A DNA stretch of 64,000 nucleotides from Minisyncoccia bacterium. Lineage in GTDB: Bacteria > Patescibacteriota > Minisyncoccia > Phycocordibacterales > UBA9973. The stretch lies in NCBI GenBank assembly GCA_965662335.1, contig CBFIGQ010000047.1, positions 13,131-77,130 on the forward strand, given 5' to 3'. The notes below the pieces were generated by a model, which had not been told where the DNA came from, made no database searches, and was given only the letters and a program-made list of their open reading frames with translations. How positions within the stretch are numbered: position 1 is the first letter of the stretch; each line of letters begins with the position of its first letter. Position numbers and translations under genes: made by a program. Positions 9,967 through 20,298 of the stretch are shown one piece after another.

Positions 9967-10863
9967 ATGATTATTGTGCGAACTGCGGGTGGGATGGGAA
10001 ACCAAATGTTTCAGTATGCTACTGGTCGAGCACTTTCTCTAAAGTATGGCCAGGAACTGAAAATTGATAACTATATGCAGCAGTATTTAGCGGAGAATGG
10101 TTTTTTTGGATATGTTTCTGTTTTTCGGTCATACGCACTTGACGTATTTACCATCCAAGCATCGATTGCTTCACCCTCTGAAATACCGTGGTGGCTCAGA
10201 GTCTTTAGGTTCGGTAAAGTGATGGCCGCAATCGATGGCGTTCGGCGTAGAGTGATTAGATATAAGGGAAGAGAATCATGGGGCGCCCAAGTATTTAATC
10301 CCCAGGTGCTCTCATATGGGCCCGATGTGTATCTTGACGGAGATTGGCAAAGCTATAAGTATTTTGAAGCATATTCTGACATCATCAAGAAAGATTTTAC
10401 CCTCAAACAACTTCCTACAGAATCCATACAAGAACTAGGAAAAGAAATAGGGTCGTGCGAGTCAGTATGTGTACATATACGGCGTGGAGACTATGTCGGG
10501 AATACATTTCATGGACAGATGAGCGGTGCATACTATACTCAAGCGCTTATGCATATAAATGCAAGTAAAACTATCGAGCATGTCTATGTATTTTCTGATG
10601 ATGTGGTGTGGTGTAGAGACCATATACAGTTTGATTACCCGGTAACATTTGTAGACGCGATGTATGCAGGTGAAGACCAAATGGGACATTTTTGGCTTAT
10701 GCAGCAGTGCCGTAACTTTGTGATTGCAAATAGCTCTTTCTCATGGTGGGCTGCTTGGCTTGCAGAAAATCCCAACAAGATGGTTGTCGCGCCAAAAAAA
10801 TGGTTTGCTGATGAATCAATTGATACGACCGACCTTATTCCTCCAGCATGGATACGTATGTAA
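9967..10863 (+). CDS. Alpha-1,2-fucosyltransferase (GT11)
   Basis: GGMGNQMFQYA, YLDGDWQSYKYF, VHIRRGDY, VFSDD, IANSSFSWWAAWL motifs. Confidence 0.93.
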   Translation: MIIVRTAGGMGNQMFQYATGRALSLKYGQELKIDNYMQQYLAENGFFGYVSVFRSYALDVFTIQASIASPSEIPWWLRVFRFGKVMAAIDGVRRRVIRYKGRESWGAQVFNPQVLSYGPDVYLDGDWQSYKYFEAYSDIIKKDFTLKQLPTESIQELGKEIGSCESVCVHIRRGDYVGNTFHGQMSGAYYTQALMHINASKTIEHVYVFSDDVVWCRDHIQFDYPVTFVDAMYAGEDQMGHFWLMQQCRNFVIANSSFSWWAAWLAENPNKMVVAPKKWFADESIDTTDLIPPAWIRM

Positions 10864-10868
10864 CTCAT

Positions 10869-11624
10869 ATGAATATATTTCAGCTTTTAAAAAAAATACG
10901 GTTCAGAATATGGATGTGGTTAAAACTTCTTTGTATTTTGCCTGACTATATTGCTTTTATACGTAAAGATAGTAAGAGGCATGCGCCGGTGAGTTTAATG
11001 ACGGTCTATCCACGTATTAGTGATAAAAGCGCAAAAACACCGTTTGAGAAGCAGTATATATACCATATCGGATGGGCAGCTCGGTGTATACAACAGATCG
11101 CTCCTAAAAAACATACCGACTTTGGTTCTTTGCTCCATTTTTCTGTCATCGTTTCCGCATTTGTTCCAGTTAATTTTTATGATTATCGACCTGCAGAAAT
11201 TTCACTTCCAAATCTTTCCTCAGAGTTTGGTAATTTAGTAGATATAAAAATTGCTGATAATTCACTCGAATCTGTATCGTGTATGCATACGATTGAGCAT
11301 ATTGGGTTAGGAAGATATGGAGATCCCATTGAGCCAGAAGGCGATCTACGCGCGCTCGGTGAGCTTAAGCGTATTGTTGCTCCAAACGGATCACTTCTGG
11401 TTGTAGTGCCAATGGGCAAGCAGCAGCATACTGAATTTAATGGACACCGGGTCTATGAATACAATACATTTGTTTCATACTTTGAAGGGTTTACACTTGA
11501 GGACTTTAGTTATATTCCACAAACTGATGATAGGGGTGGTATTATACTTCACACTGATGGAAGTATAGTAGGCAACGATACACTTGGCTGTGGATGTTTT
11601 TGGTTTAAGAAGCATGTTGCATAA
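10869..11624 (+). CDS. DUF268-like / SAM-methyltransferase-fold protein
   Basis: SCMHTIEHIGLGRYGDPIEPEGD and FNGHRVY motifs. Confidence 0.8.
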   Translation: MNIFQLLKKIRFRIWMWLKLLCILPDYIAFIRKDSKRHAPVSLMTVYPRISDKSAKTPFEKQYIYHIGWAARCIQQIAPKKHTDFGSLLHFSVIVSAFVPVNFYDYRPAEISLPNLSSEFGNLVDIKIADNSLESVSCMHTIEHIGLGRYGDPIEPEGDLRALGELKRIVAPNGSLLVVVPMGKQQHTEFNGHRVYEYNTFVSYFEGFTLEDFSYIPQTDDRGGIILHTDGSIVGNDTLGCGCFWFKKHVA

Positions 11625-11626
11625 CG

Positions 11627-12553
11627 ATGAATTCTCTTGTTTCAATAATTATTCCTGCATACAATGTTGCTCCCTATATAGCGCAGTGTCTTGAATCAGT
11701 CATTGCGCAGACATATCCGCACATTGAAATTATTGTTGTAGATGATGGGTCTACCGATGAAACCCACGCTATTGCACAAACGTATGCACAAAAAGATAGG
11801 CGCATCCGTATTGTGCAAAAACAAAATGGAGGACTTTCTTCAGCCCGCAATGCAGGACTTAAGGCTGCCACAGGGGATTACTTGGTGCTATTTGATTCAG
11901 ATGATTTGATGATACCTACAAAAATTGCACACCACATACAATGGCTTGAGGCGCATACGGAATACAGTTGTGTGTATTCTGACCTGATTCACTTTTATGA
12001 TAAAACCACAAAGATGTATAAGCTTTCGATTCCAACACTTGGTCAAGATCAGTATTTAACTCTTTTGCGTGGTAACTGTATTAATCCAAATACATTTTGT
12101 ATGAAGCGGGAAGTATACGAGGCAGTTGGTGGATTTGATGAGTCAATTCGAAGTGCAGAAGATTGGGAGTATTGGCTGCGAGTCACCCGAGAAGGAATGC
12201 AAATCGGCTATCAAGCAGACTATTTGACGCTCTATCGTATGCGCGCAGATAGTCTTTCAGCAGATCGAGTAACGATGTGTATGACGGCACTACAGGTATT
12301 ACAAAAACAGGAACAGGATATAGTGCCCAAGTATAGCGATGCATTGCACTCAGAAATTGTATTATGGAAACATAAACTCACACTTGCACACATGAAGAAA
12401 GAAGTTGAAAATTCTCGGGGGTTGCAGAGATTGTGGTATATGATGCTTGCCTATATCATACAGTTGGGACGTACGATGAAATTATGGTGGCGTTTGAAGC
12501 CATATACAAACGAATCATTCAAACATCTTCTCATTTCCTATGGAACTAAATAA
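11627..12553 (+). CDS. Glycosyltransferase family 2
   Basis: SIIIPAYN, VDDGSTD, NGGLSSARNAG, FDSDD, GGFDE..AEDWE. Confidence 0.95.
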   Translation: MNSLVSIIIPAYNVAPYIAQCLESVIAQTYPHIEIIVVDDGSTDETHAIAQTYAQKDRRIRIVQKQNGGLSSARNAGLKAATGDYLVLFDSDDLMIPTKIAHHIQWLEAHTEYSCVYSDLIHFYDKTTKMYKLSIPTLGQDQYLTLLRGNCINPNTFCMKREVYEAVGGFDESIRSAEDWEYWLRVTREGMQIGYQADYLTLYRMRADSLSADRVTMCMTALQVLQKQEQDIVPKYSDALHSEIVLWKHKLTLAHMKKEVENSRGLQRLWYMMLAYIIQLGRTMKLWWRLKPYTNESFKHLLISYGTK

Positions 12554-13379
12554 ATCTATTATTAGTATCATTCTTCCTGTCTACAACGGTGCGCATACGC
12601 TTAAGTGGTGTATAGAAAGTGTACTCGCGCAGACCCACCAGGAGTGGGAACTTATTGTAGTAGATGATGGTTCTACTGATAATACTAAATCAATCGTCGC
12701 TCAGTATGTAGCTCATGATTCGAGAATCATATATATCAAAAATGAGCATAATCTCGGTATACAAAAAACACTCAATCGAGGTCTCAAAGAGGTAAAAGGT
12801 AAGTACATTGCACGTATAGATGCAGATGATGTATGGAGTGATCCCGATAAACTTAGTACACAGGTCTCATTTCTTGAGGCTAATACAGAATATGTACTTG
12901 TTGGTACAGGCGCGCGGCTTGTCTCGACTGAACATACAGAATTGAATCACTATCTTTTACCACAAGATGATGTAGTGATACGCGCAAGAATGCTTGCTAA
13001 AAATTGTTTTGTACATTCATCAGTGCTTATGAGGAGTGTAATTGTGCAAGATGTGGGAGGATATAGCGAGTCTGTTATTTCACGACATGTTGAGGATCAT
13101 GAGCTCTGGTTACGGCTTGGAGAAAAGGGTAAACTCAAAAATCTCCCGTTATATGGAGTTGATCTCATGGTTTCTGATACGAGCATTACTGCAAAGTATC
13201 GCGTCCTTCAAGCAAAGCGAATGCTCAAACTTGGATGGCAGTATAGAAAAAAATACCCAAATGCATTTCTTGGAATAGTTATTGGTATAATAAGACTTGT
13301 ATTCTTTGCTGTTGTATCGATGATGCCACTATCTAAAAAGGGTATTTATTTCATCCAAAGTATTGTACGCAGATCTTAG
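12540..13379 (+). CDS. Glycosyltransferase family 2
   Basis: SIILPVYN, VDDGSTD, RIDADD, EDHELW. Confidence 0.95.
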   Translation: MELNKSIISIILPVYNGAHTLKWCIESVLAQTHQEWELIVVDDGSTDNTKSIVAQYVAHDSRIIYIKNEHNLGIQKTLNRGLKEVKGKYIARIDADDVWSDPDKLSTQVSFLEANTEYVLVGTGARLVSTEHTELNHYLLPQDDVVIRARMLAKNCFVHSSVLMRSVIVQDVGGYSESVISRHVEDHELWLRLGEKGKLKNLPLYGVDLMVSDTSITAKYRVLQAKRMLKLGWQYRKKYPNAFLGIVIGIIRLVFFAVVSMMPLSKKGIYFIQSIVRRS

Positions 13380-14695
13380 TGTCTGATGATCGAAAGGATG
13401 TCCTCCTTTAGATGTCTGATACTGAGTGTAAACCGAAGTGCGGGGATTGTACGGCAGACGATTACCATATATACATTTGAAATGAGTTGCGAAAGTGTGT
13501 ATGAAAGTGCGGCACCATACATATGATAGTGAGGTATAAGTATGAGTGAGAGAATGACATTTGATACTGCGCCGATAGCAATAAATCGAAGCGTCAGTTT
13601 TTGTTTCCCATACGCAAGGAGTGCATTTGAAAGAAAAATGCTTGGAATAGTAACAAGGGTGCCAATAGAAATAATTTGAAGAAGTGGAATCGCCTGTATA
13701 TATCCATTTCCAAACAAGACAGTGATAATGTATTTTGCACCAACGATAGTGACAAAGATAACAGGAACCATCAGTGCAAGTGTTGCAGTAACTGTTCTTC
13801 CAAGGGCTTTTACAAATGTCTCGTCATGAGTGTGTGCATTTCGAGACAAAAGAGGAAGCAGTGCTGTTGCTAATAGTCCTGGAATAAGCCAAACCAACTG
13901 AACTGGCTTTTGTGCCGCCGCGTACAATCCAACTTGCCCGCTATCGGTAAACCATCCTAAAAGAAGAGTATCGATACTCGAAAGAATAGTACCAAACATT
14001 GCAACAATACCGATTGGCCATGCTTCACGCATAATAGTGCGCAATAGCACGTGATCGTTTTGTAGGCGCAGTGCTTTGATATACGGACGCATCGTGAAGT
14101 AGAGAAAGATAAGTCCAACTATACCTGCGTAAATATATGCCTGAAGAAGTGCGGAAGCATTGGGAGTATGTCTAATAAGGAGAAATGCAATACCTGCGAT
14201 AAGTGCATTGGTGCAGAGTTTAATAAGAGCTTCGGTTTCCATTTGTTCATGTGCGCGATTTACCGCGTAGCCAAACTCTCGAATACTATCAATAAATAGA
14301 AGTACAGAAATGAGCGGAATAATAATGGCAATTGCATTTGAATGCACGAAAAAGCTTACAGTATAAAGTACAAGCGCGCTTATGAGTGAAAGTGTTGCTT
14401 TGAGGAAAAACGCCGCAGAAAGATAGCTATCAACTACTCCTGTCTTTCTAGCAACTTCACGCTGGAGCACTGCGTTTATTCCAATATCAGAAAAAATAGA
14501 AAATACCCCAATGAGTGCAAGTCCATATGAAAAAACGCCCCACTCATTTGTCCCGAGCATGCGCGCACCATAGCCAAATATTCCGAGTTTCAGAAGTTTT
14601 GAACCCAATTCTCCCACAAAAAGCCAAAACGTGTTTTTTGCAACTGTTTGTTTTGCAGATCTATTTGTAAAAAGAAATTGTTTAAAGCGCTGCAT
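13376..14695 (-). CDS. Wzx-type polysaccharide flippase
   Basis: Multi-TM; ARMLG...GVFSY, IDTLLLG...VGLYAAA, LIP.Y...GAA patterns. Confidence 0.9.
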   Translation of the reverse strand: MQRFKQFLFTNRSAKQTVAKNTFWLFVGELGSKLLKLGIFGYGARMLGTNEWGVFSYGLALIGVFSIFSDIGINAVLQREVARKTGVVDSYLSAAFFLKATLSLISALVLYTVSFFVHSNAIAIIIPLISVLLFIDSIREFGYAVNRAHEQMETEALIKLCTNALIAGIAFLLIRHTPNASALLQAYIYAGIVGLIFLYFTMRPYIKALRLQNDHVLLRTIMREAWPIGIVAMFGTILSSIDTLLLGWFTDSGQVGLYAAAQKPVQLVWLIPGLLATALLPLLSRNAHTHDETFVKALGRTVTATLALMVPVIFVTIVGAKYIITVLFGNGYIQAIPLLQIISIGTLVTIPSIFLSNALLAYGKQKLTLRFIAIGAVSNVILSLILIPHYHMYGAALSYTLSQLISNVYMVIVCRTIPALRFTLSIRHLKEDILSIIRH

Positions 14696-14697
14696 AG

Positions 14698-15963
14698 CTA
14701 ATGCGTAAAAATAATCTGGAGTGTCTTAAGTATAATCCCGATATCGAGAAGGGGGGAGCGGTTTTTGAGGTAGTAGAGATCGTATTCAAATTTCTCACGC
14801 GAATCCTCAACTGAACGAGCATACCGGTACTTGATCTGTGCCCAGCCGGTAAAGCCGGGTTTGATGGTGTGGCGGAGGTAGTAGTAGGGGATCTGTTGTT
14901 CGAGCTGCGCAACAAACTCCGGGCGTTCGGCGCGGGGTCCGATGATTGCGAGATCTCCCTTGATGATATTAAGCATCTGAGGCACTTCGTCGAGGTGGGT
15001 TTTACGAAGAATATTGCCAACGGGAGTGACGCGCGGATCCCGTGCATCAGCCCAGAGTGCGCCCGCGGTTTCAGCATTTCTGCGCATAGAGCGAAGTTTG
15101 TACATGCGAAACACCTTTCCATTTTTTCCAACACGCTCTTGAGAATACACTACTGGCCCGCCATCTTCTACCCATTTCGCCACACTGGCGATGAGCAAAA
15201 AAGGCGAACAGGCGATAAGGACAAGTGAGGCGGCAAGTATTTCAAAGAGACGGCCGAGTCCAGAAAGCGCAGAAGTGGTATGCTCGGTGAGATAGGAGAG
15301 TGCTCGCTCGTCTGTCATGAGCTCTACGGGGATTTTGGTGAGAATACTTTCGTACGCCTCAAAGAGTGAGAGTGGTTGTGCGCCGCATGCTCGCGCATAC
15401 GCAATGAGGCTCTGCGGGTCAACCCCCTCAGAAATAACCACATCTGCCCGTACGGTTGTACTCGCGATAGTCGGAAGATGCGCAACTATGGTGCCAATGT
15501 TGGGATTGTGGGAGAGTTCGTTACTAAGCTCGGTGAGGTGTTTGCTCTGCCCGATGAGTAATACACTGCGTACAAAACGTTTCGTAAAGAGTAGATAGGC
15601 AAGACGACGCCAGAGTACTATGAGAAGCGTAGAGCATCCAGCGACGATGAGCAGGTTGGTCTTGGGACTGATACCTGCACTCGATGAGAGATAAAAGAAG
15701 ACAACACCAAGGAGAGTGTTGGTCGCCATAGCAGCTATGATGAGTCCAATATTTCGAGGGTTGGGATTGATGCGACGTGCAGTGTATAGATCAAAGATAA
15801 AAAAGACTATACACCACAGGGCAAAGAGCCAAACAAAGAGCACAAACTGATGAGAAGTCTTGGAGAGAAAGGTTGAAAACCGAATAGCGCTCATGAGGTA
15901 AAAGGCGCCGATACATGCTGCCATATCTCCGATGATGAGCACGAGTTTTTGGTTCGAAAACAT
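14698..15963 (-). CDS. Priming undecaprenyl-phosphate sugar phosphotransferase (Bac_transf, WcaJ/WbaP-like)
   Basis: QERVGKNGKVF.MYKLRSM, DPRVT.VG..LRKTHLDEVPQ, KPGFTGWAQ, YDLYY. Confidence 0.93.
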   Translation of the reverse strand: MFSNQKLVLIIGDMAACIGAFYLMSAIRFSTFLSKTSHQFVLFVWLFALWCIVFFIFDLYTARRINPNPRNIGLIIAAMATNTLLGVVFFYLSSSAGISPKTNLLIVAGCSTLLIVLWRRLAYLLFTKRFVRSVLLIGQSKHLTELSNELSHNPNIGTIVAHLPTIASTTVRADVVISEGVDPQSLIAYARACGAQPLSLFEAYESILTKIPVELMTDERALSYLTEHTTSALSGLGRLFEILAASLVLIACSPFLLIASVAKWVEDGGPVVYSQERVGKNGKVFRMYKLRSMRRNAETAGALWADARDPRVTPVGNILRKTHLDEVPQMLNIIKGDLAIIGPRAERPEFVAQLEQQIPYYYLRHTIKPGFTGWAQIKYRYARSVEDSREKFEYDLYYLKNRSPLLDIGIILKTLQIIFTH

Positions 15964-16054
15964 GACCGTACTATATAATATATTTTTATTTTGTACAGTA
16001 CTCACGGGGGCGTGTTTTGAGTACACTAGAGGGGTACAAACGAGAGTTAATACT

Positions 16055-16579
16055 ATGAATCAAGACACAAACACAGAACACAAGAACGGAAAGACTGGCC
16101 GAATTATTGCCGTAGTGGTAGCAGTGCTCGTTATTGGAGCGCTCGTCGTAGGGAGTGCGCAGCGTAAAAAGAATGCCGCTCCAACACCTGAGGCAGCAGA
16201 AGGCTGTAAGCCAGGCTATCTCTTTAGTGAGGTTACCGGCAAGCCATGTCCAGCTACCACTGAGCCGCTCAGTGTAGAAGGCGAGAAAGCAACTACAGAG
16301 GCAAGTGGATATGAGGCAGCAGTCGCCCAGTATGCAGGCAAACTCATCGTCGTAGATAGCGCCTGTGTCGCAACACCAAACGCTCTCACTGTAGGAGCAA
16401 ATACGCGCATTCTCATTGGTAACAATAGTAGCCAAGCGCAGACCCTCGCACTCGGTGACCGGTCAGAGACACTCGACGGGTATCACTACTTCACCTACTC
16501 ACTCAAGTCAGGGGGCGAGATGAAGCTCTCTTGTAATGGAGCCGACGTGGCAACGATCACAGTTACTGAAGCAAAATAG
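16055..16579 (+). CDS. Membrane-anchored hypothetical protein with Cys motif
   Basis: Single TM, GCKPGYLFSEVTGKPC motif like the S-layer repeat, possible cupredoxin-like tail. Confidence 0.7.
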   Translation: MNQDTNTEHKNGKTGRIIAVVVAVLVIGALVVGSAQRKKNAAPTPEAAEGCKPGYLFSEVTGKPCPATTEPLSVEGEKATTEASGYEAAVAQYAGKLIVVDSACVATPNALTVGANTRILIGNNSSQAQTLALGDRSETLDGYHYFTYSLKSGGEMKLSCNGADVATITVTEAK

Positions 16580-16624
16580 TACACAAAACTCCCCAATAGC
16601 GGGGAGTTTTTGTATACTATAGGT

Positions 16625-16882
16625 ATGGAAAATAAAACACTTTGGTTTCGTGCAAAGCGCTATGGGTATGGCTGGTACCCGGTGACCTGGCAGGGATGGG
16701 CGATTATAGCGCTCTACGTTGTGGGGCTACTTGGCTCTGTGTATACATTCAACCCTTCATTTGAGCATCAAGATACGGTACCGGTGGGGTTTTTAGTACA
16801 AGTAGTCGTGCTCACTATATTTCTCATCAGTATCTGTGCCGCAAAAGGCGAGAAGGCAAAGTGGAGATGGGGAGGGAAGTAA
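16625..16882 (+). CDS. Small 2-TM protein (WFRAKRYGYGWYP.TWQGW family)
   Basis: Conserved-looking aromatic N-terminus and WRWG C-terminus; -10 box a few nt upstream. Confidence 0.75.
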   Translation: MENKTLWFRAKRYGYGWYPVTWQGWAIIALYVVGLLGSVYTFNPSFEHQDTVPVGFLVQVVVLTIFLISICAAKGEKAKWRWGGK

Positions 16883-16899
16883 AAATCCCGCATGTATAT

Positions 16900-17421
16900 T
16901 TATACAAAACGGGATTTGAATGCCTTAGATTCATTTAATAACTTTACCCAGCCACCTAATTCCCAGGCGAGTGATTGAATGCTTGGAAGCGTAAATGATC
17001 GTACCTTTTTTATCTGGTACTCTGGTGCAACGAGTTTCCATATCTGAGAGACCCGAAGCATATGTAACCATGAGGTGATAACGGTAACCTGAGTTGCGCC
17101 AAAGTTTCGCAGCTCTTCTACTATGGCCATGGTTTCAAACAGTGTGCGCCATGCATCTCTTTTCGCAAGTACAATTTGAACATTCAAAATACCATGACGA
17201 CGAAACTCAAACTCGAGATGTGCTCTCATGACATGTTTAAGCATTGGGTTTGCTGGTATATCAGTTCGAATACCTGCCCCTAGTAAAAGAATAATTTCTT
17301 TATCAGGGTGCTTGAGTGCGTACTTAATGAATCGAGCACAGCGCCGTTTTGTCTCAGGTCCGCATTCTGTACCATTTTTTTCTGAGTCGCCCGCATATAG
17401 GGCTATGTATTCTTTTTCCAA
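16900..17421 (-). CDS. YdcF/DUF218-like protein
   Basis: A..T..E...; VITSWLHMLR; C-terminal WELGG; TTG start. Confidence 0.65.
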   Translation of the reverse strand: MEKEYIALYAGDSEKNGTECGPETKRRCARFIKYALKHPDKEIILLLGAGIRTDIPANPMLKHVMRAHLEFEFRRHGILNVQIVLAKRDAWRTLFETMAIVEELRNFGATQVTVITSWLHMLRVSQIWKLVAPEYQIKKVRSFTLPSIQSLAWELGGWVKLLNESKAFKSRFV

Positions 17422-17517
17422 ATGACAAAGTTTTAGTTAAAAGGAAATTACAATATTTATTATATATTGTCAATATACTTAGTTGACCATACACAAAAAC
17501 CTGCTATAGTATCCCTT

Positions 17518-17607
17518 GTGTAGATCAAAGACAGTGGGTGGCTCGAAAGAGTCTTAATATCCTGCCGAGGTCGAAGACTCCGAGACTACACCCGCTTTTG
17601 AGCGGTA
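17518..17607 (+). promoter_or_regulatory. Ribosomal protein L10 leader (autogenous control RNA)
   Basis: AAGACAGTGGG...TTAA.ATCCTGCCGAGG core closed by GTGTAG/CTACAC, directly upstream of rplJ and after a TTGACC..TATAGT promoter. Confidence 0.8.
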
Positions 17608-17632
17608 TTTATATTGTTCACTTACAAATCGT

Positions 17633-18118
17633 ATGGCAATTACAAAAGACAAAAAGCAATCAATTGTTGCTGCGTTTACTGACATGCTCAAAGACGCGCA
17701 GTCTGTTGCCTTTGTACAATTCAAGGGACTTACGGTAAAAGAAGCTATCGAGCTCCGCCGCAAACTCCGCGCTGAAGGTGTCTCCTATAAAGTAGGAAAA
17801 AAGACCCTCATCAAGCGCGTGCTTGCAGATATGGGCATCGAAGGCGAACTTCCAGCTCTTGAAGGAGAAATTGCAGTAGCAGCAAGTACCGACGCACTCG
17901 CGCCGGCACGAGGTGTGTACGAATTTCAAAAGACTCACAAAGATCAAGTGTCGCTCGTCGGCGGTATCTTTGAGGGTGTATACAAGGACCAGGCTATGAT
18001 GCTCTCTCTTGCAACGATTCCTCCTCGCGAAGTGCTCCTTGCACAGATTGCATTCCTCCTCAAGAGTCCAATGCAGCGCTTGGCAATCGCCGTAAACGAA
18101 GTAGCAAAGCAGAAATAA
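17633..18118 (+). CDS. rplJ: 50S ribosomal protein L10
   Basis: GLTVKE..ELRRKLR, KVGKKTL, LATIPPRE.LL; adjacent to rplL. Confidence 0.97.
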   Translation: MAITKDKKQSIVAAFTDMLKDAQSVAFVQFKGLTVKEAIELRRKLRAEGVSYKVGKKTLIKRVLADMGIEGELPALEGEIAVAASTDALAPARGVYEFQKTHKDQVSLVGGIFEGVYKDQAMMLSLATIPPREVLLAQIAFLLKSPMQRLAIAVNEVAKQK

Positions 18119-18155
18119 TAGAACGCATAATTATTAACGTAGATAGATTACATAT

Positions 18156-18527
18156 ATGGCAAAATTTGATTCATTTCTCACCGAGCTCGAAGGAGCATCA
18201 GTGATTGAACTCAACGATCTCGTAAAGGCGATCGAAGAAAAGTTTGGCGTATCTGCAGCAGCAGTCGCAGCAGCTCCAGCAGCTGGTGTGGGAGCAGCAG
18301 GTGGTGCCGAAGAAAAGGACGCATTTTCTGTAGTACTTGCAGATGCAGGAGAGCAGAAGATTGCAGTGATGAAGGTAGTAAAGGAAGCACTTGGACTTGG
18401 TCTTAAGGAAGCAAAGGACCTCGTAGACGGTGCTCCAGCAACCCTCAAGGACGGCATGAAGAAAGAAGAAGCAGAAGCCCTCAAGAAGCAAATTGAGGAA
18501 GCAGGCGGAAAGGTAGAACTCAAATAA
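18156..18527 (+). CDS. rplL: 50S ribosomal protein L7/L12
   Basis: [32 protein letters not shown]. Confidence 0.99.
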   Translation: MAKFDSFLTELEGASVIELNDLVKAIEEKFGVSAAAVAAAPAAGVGAAGGAEEKDAFSVVLADAGEQKIAVMKVVKEALGLGLKEAKDLVDGAPATLKDGMKKEEAEALKKQIEEAGGKVELK

Positions 18528-18661
18528 GCTTTACCACCAAAAAACACCCTGAAATACGGGTGTTTTTTGGTTTTCCACAGGCACATTGACAAAAACAGTA
18601 TTTTGGTATATAATACAATCAGAATTCTAACAAATCCTTCTTTAATAAAAACTTCATTAAC

Positions 18662-19441
18662 ATGAAAAAATTGCTCGCGTTACTGACGCTCCTCGTAAGT
18701 ATTGTATTGTATTCCTGTACACAGGAACATCCCTGTGCAGACAATCCGACTATTATCGCCATCGATAGTACGACGATGTTTGCATCAAATGACATATCAA
18801 ACCCTAACAATGATCCCTGGCAAAACAACCTTAGTATCACCTACAAAAATCCAAATGCGCCCAATGCGCAGTTCCGGATCTATGAGGTAGTAAAGATTGG
18901 GAATGATATTACAGAAGTATTCCTTGGTTCGGTTGCAGCACCAACAACAGGTAGCGGTACTGGCCAGATAGTATTACCCTTTAGTACAGCCAATCAATAT
19001 TATGTACTAAAGATTTACGGGTATGGACAATACGGTAACACTACCTGTGGCGGACCTACTGTTTTTCAGATTTGCCCGCCAAATCCTACCGTAGTGGGTG
19101 GTGTGGTTGCGTTTCTTGTACAGATTCCAACCGGCGAGTATGTGTATGATTTTCAGTTCACCTACAAAAATCCGACACGTTACAACAGTAACGATACGAC
19201 ACGTAGACCAAAACTGAAACTCTACGAAATAGTAAATGGTATAGAAGAGTTTCGTGGTGAAGCACTCGTGCCGTATACAGGTGATGGAGATGAAACGAGT
19301 TATGTTCAGTTGAGTGCAATACACATGAAGAATTCAACTTTTTCTGCCCGTATTGATTGTGCTACCGTTTCTTTTACCTGCGAGCCATCCCATTTGTTAT
19401 TTGAAGGAAGTCCGGCTGGTACCCGTGTGGAAAAGCCATAG
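18662..19441 (+). CDS. ORFan lipoprotein with two internally similar domains; own promoter and terminator
   Basis: Lipobox LYSC; repeated '.TYKNP....YE.V' motif; TTGACA-N17-TATAAT upstream; hairpin at ~19467-19492. Confidence 0.75.
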   Translation: MKKLLALLTLLVSIVLYSCTQEHPCADNPTIIAIDSTTMFASNDISNPNNDPWQNNLSITYKNPNAPNAQFRIYEVVKIGNDITEVFLGSVAAPTTGSGTGQIVLPFSTANQYYVLKIYGYGQYGNTTCGGPTVFQICPPNPTVVGGVVAFLVQIPTGEYVYDFQFTYKNPTRYNSNDTTRRPKLKLYEIVNGIEEFRGEALVPYTGDGDETSYVQLSAIHMKNSTFSARIDCATVSFTCEPSHLLFEGSPAGTRVEKP

Positions 19442-19570
19442 GGCTAATACAAATTCTTTTTTATGAGCCTCCCATTTTTGGGAGGCTTTTTTATTGTTCC
19501 AACCCAAAAGTAGCTTGTACGCAAGGGGAAAGAAGCCGTATACTTTGCATACGTTCTCAGTGGAAAAGAT

Positions 19571-20212
19571 ATGGAAATTTTAGCAAAACTGCTCGGAGGT
19601 ATTCCGCGCGTTAAAATCATGCGTCTCTTTTTGCTCAATCCGAGCGAAGGATTCGAATCATCCGACGTGGTCGATCGGTGCCGTATTTCGTCAGGGCATG
19701 CACGTCGCGCACTCACACAGCTTGCTGGCATGGACTTTATCCACAAAAAGGCCTTTACTAAAGAAATCACCAATGGTCGCACGGGGAAAGTGACTAAAAA
19801 GCGCATCCAAGGGTGGTTTCTCGTCGAATCTTTTCCGTACATCAATGAACTCCGCCAACTGCTTGTAGAAGGAGAGTTTGTAAAGCATGAAGAGCTCGCA
19901 AAGCGCTTTCGTCCAGCAGGGCGCATCCAACTACTTGTCGTGTCAGGGATATTTATTCAAAACAGCGAAAGTCGTCTCGATCTGCTGCTTGTAGGGGACA
20001 ATCTCAAGAAAAATGTTATCCAAAAGACTATTTCAGTCCTTGAAAGTGAGCTTGGCAAGGAGTTATCCTACGCTGTCTTTGAGACTGCCGATTTTAAGTA
20101 CCGCGTGTCTATGTATGACAAGCTTTTGCGGGATGTCTTTGACTACCCGCACGAGCCGCTCATTGCCTCAAAGGAGTTTGCGATGTTCACACTCCCTTCT
20201 AAGGAGCGCTAG
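19571..20212 (+). CDS. wHTH plus nucleotidyltransferase-like protein (conserved in CPR)
   Basis: RVKIMRLFLLNP N-terminal HTH; SGIF...S.LDLLLVGD pseudo-NTase motif. Confidence 0.7.
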   Translation: MEILAKLLGGIPRVKIMRLFLLNPSEGFESSDVVDRCRISSGHARRALTQLAGMDFIHKKAFTKEITNGRTGKVTKKRIQGWFLVESFPYINELRQLLVEGEFVKHEELAKRFRPAGRIQLLVVSGIFIQNSESRLDLLLVGDNLKKNVIQKTISVLESELGKELSYAVFETADFKYRVSMYDKLLRDVFDYPHEPLIASKEFAMFTLPSKER

Positions 20213-20298
20213 TGCTATACTATAGGCATACTGTGCTGTGGGTACGTGCAGTTGCGATTACAAGGAAACCCTAACGCTATCGCGTTACATTCAATATT

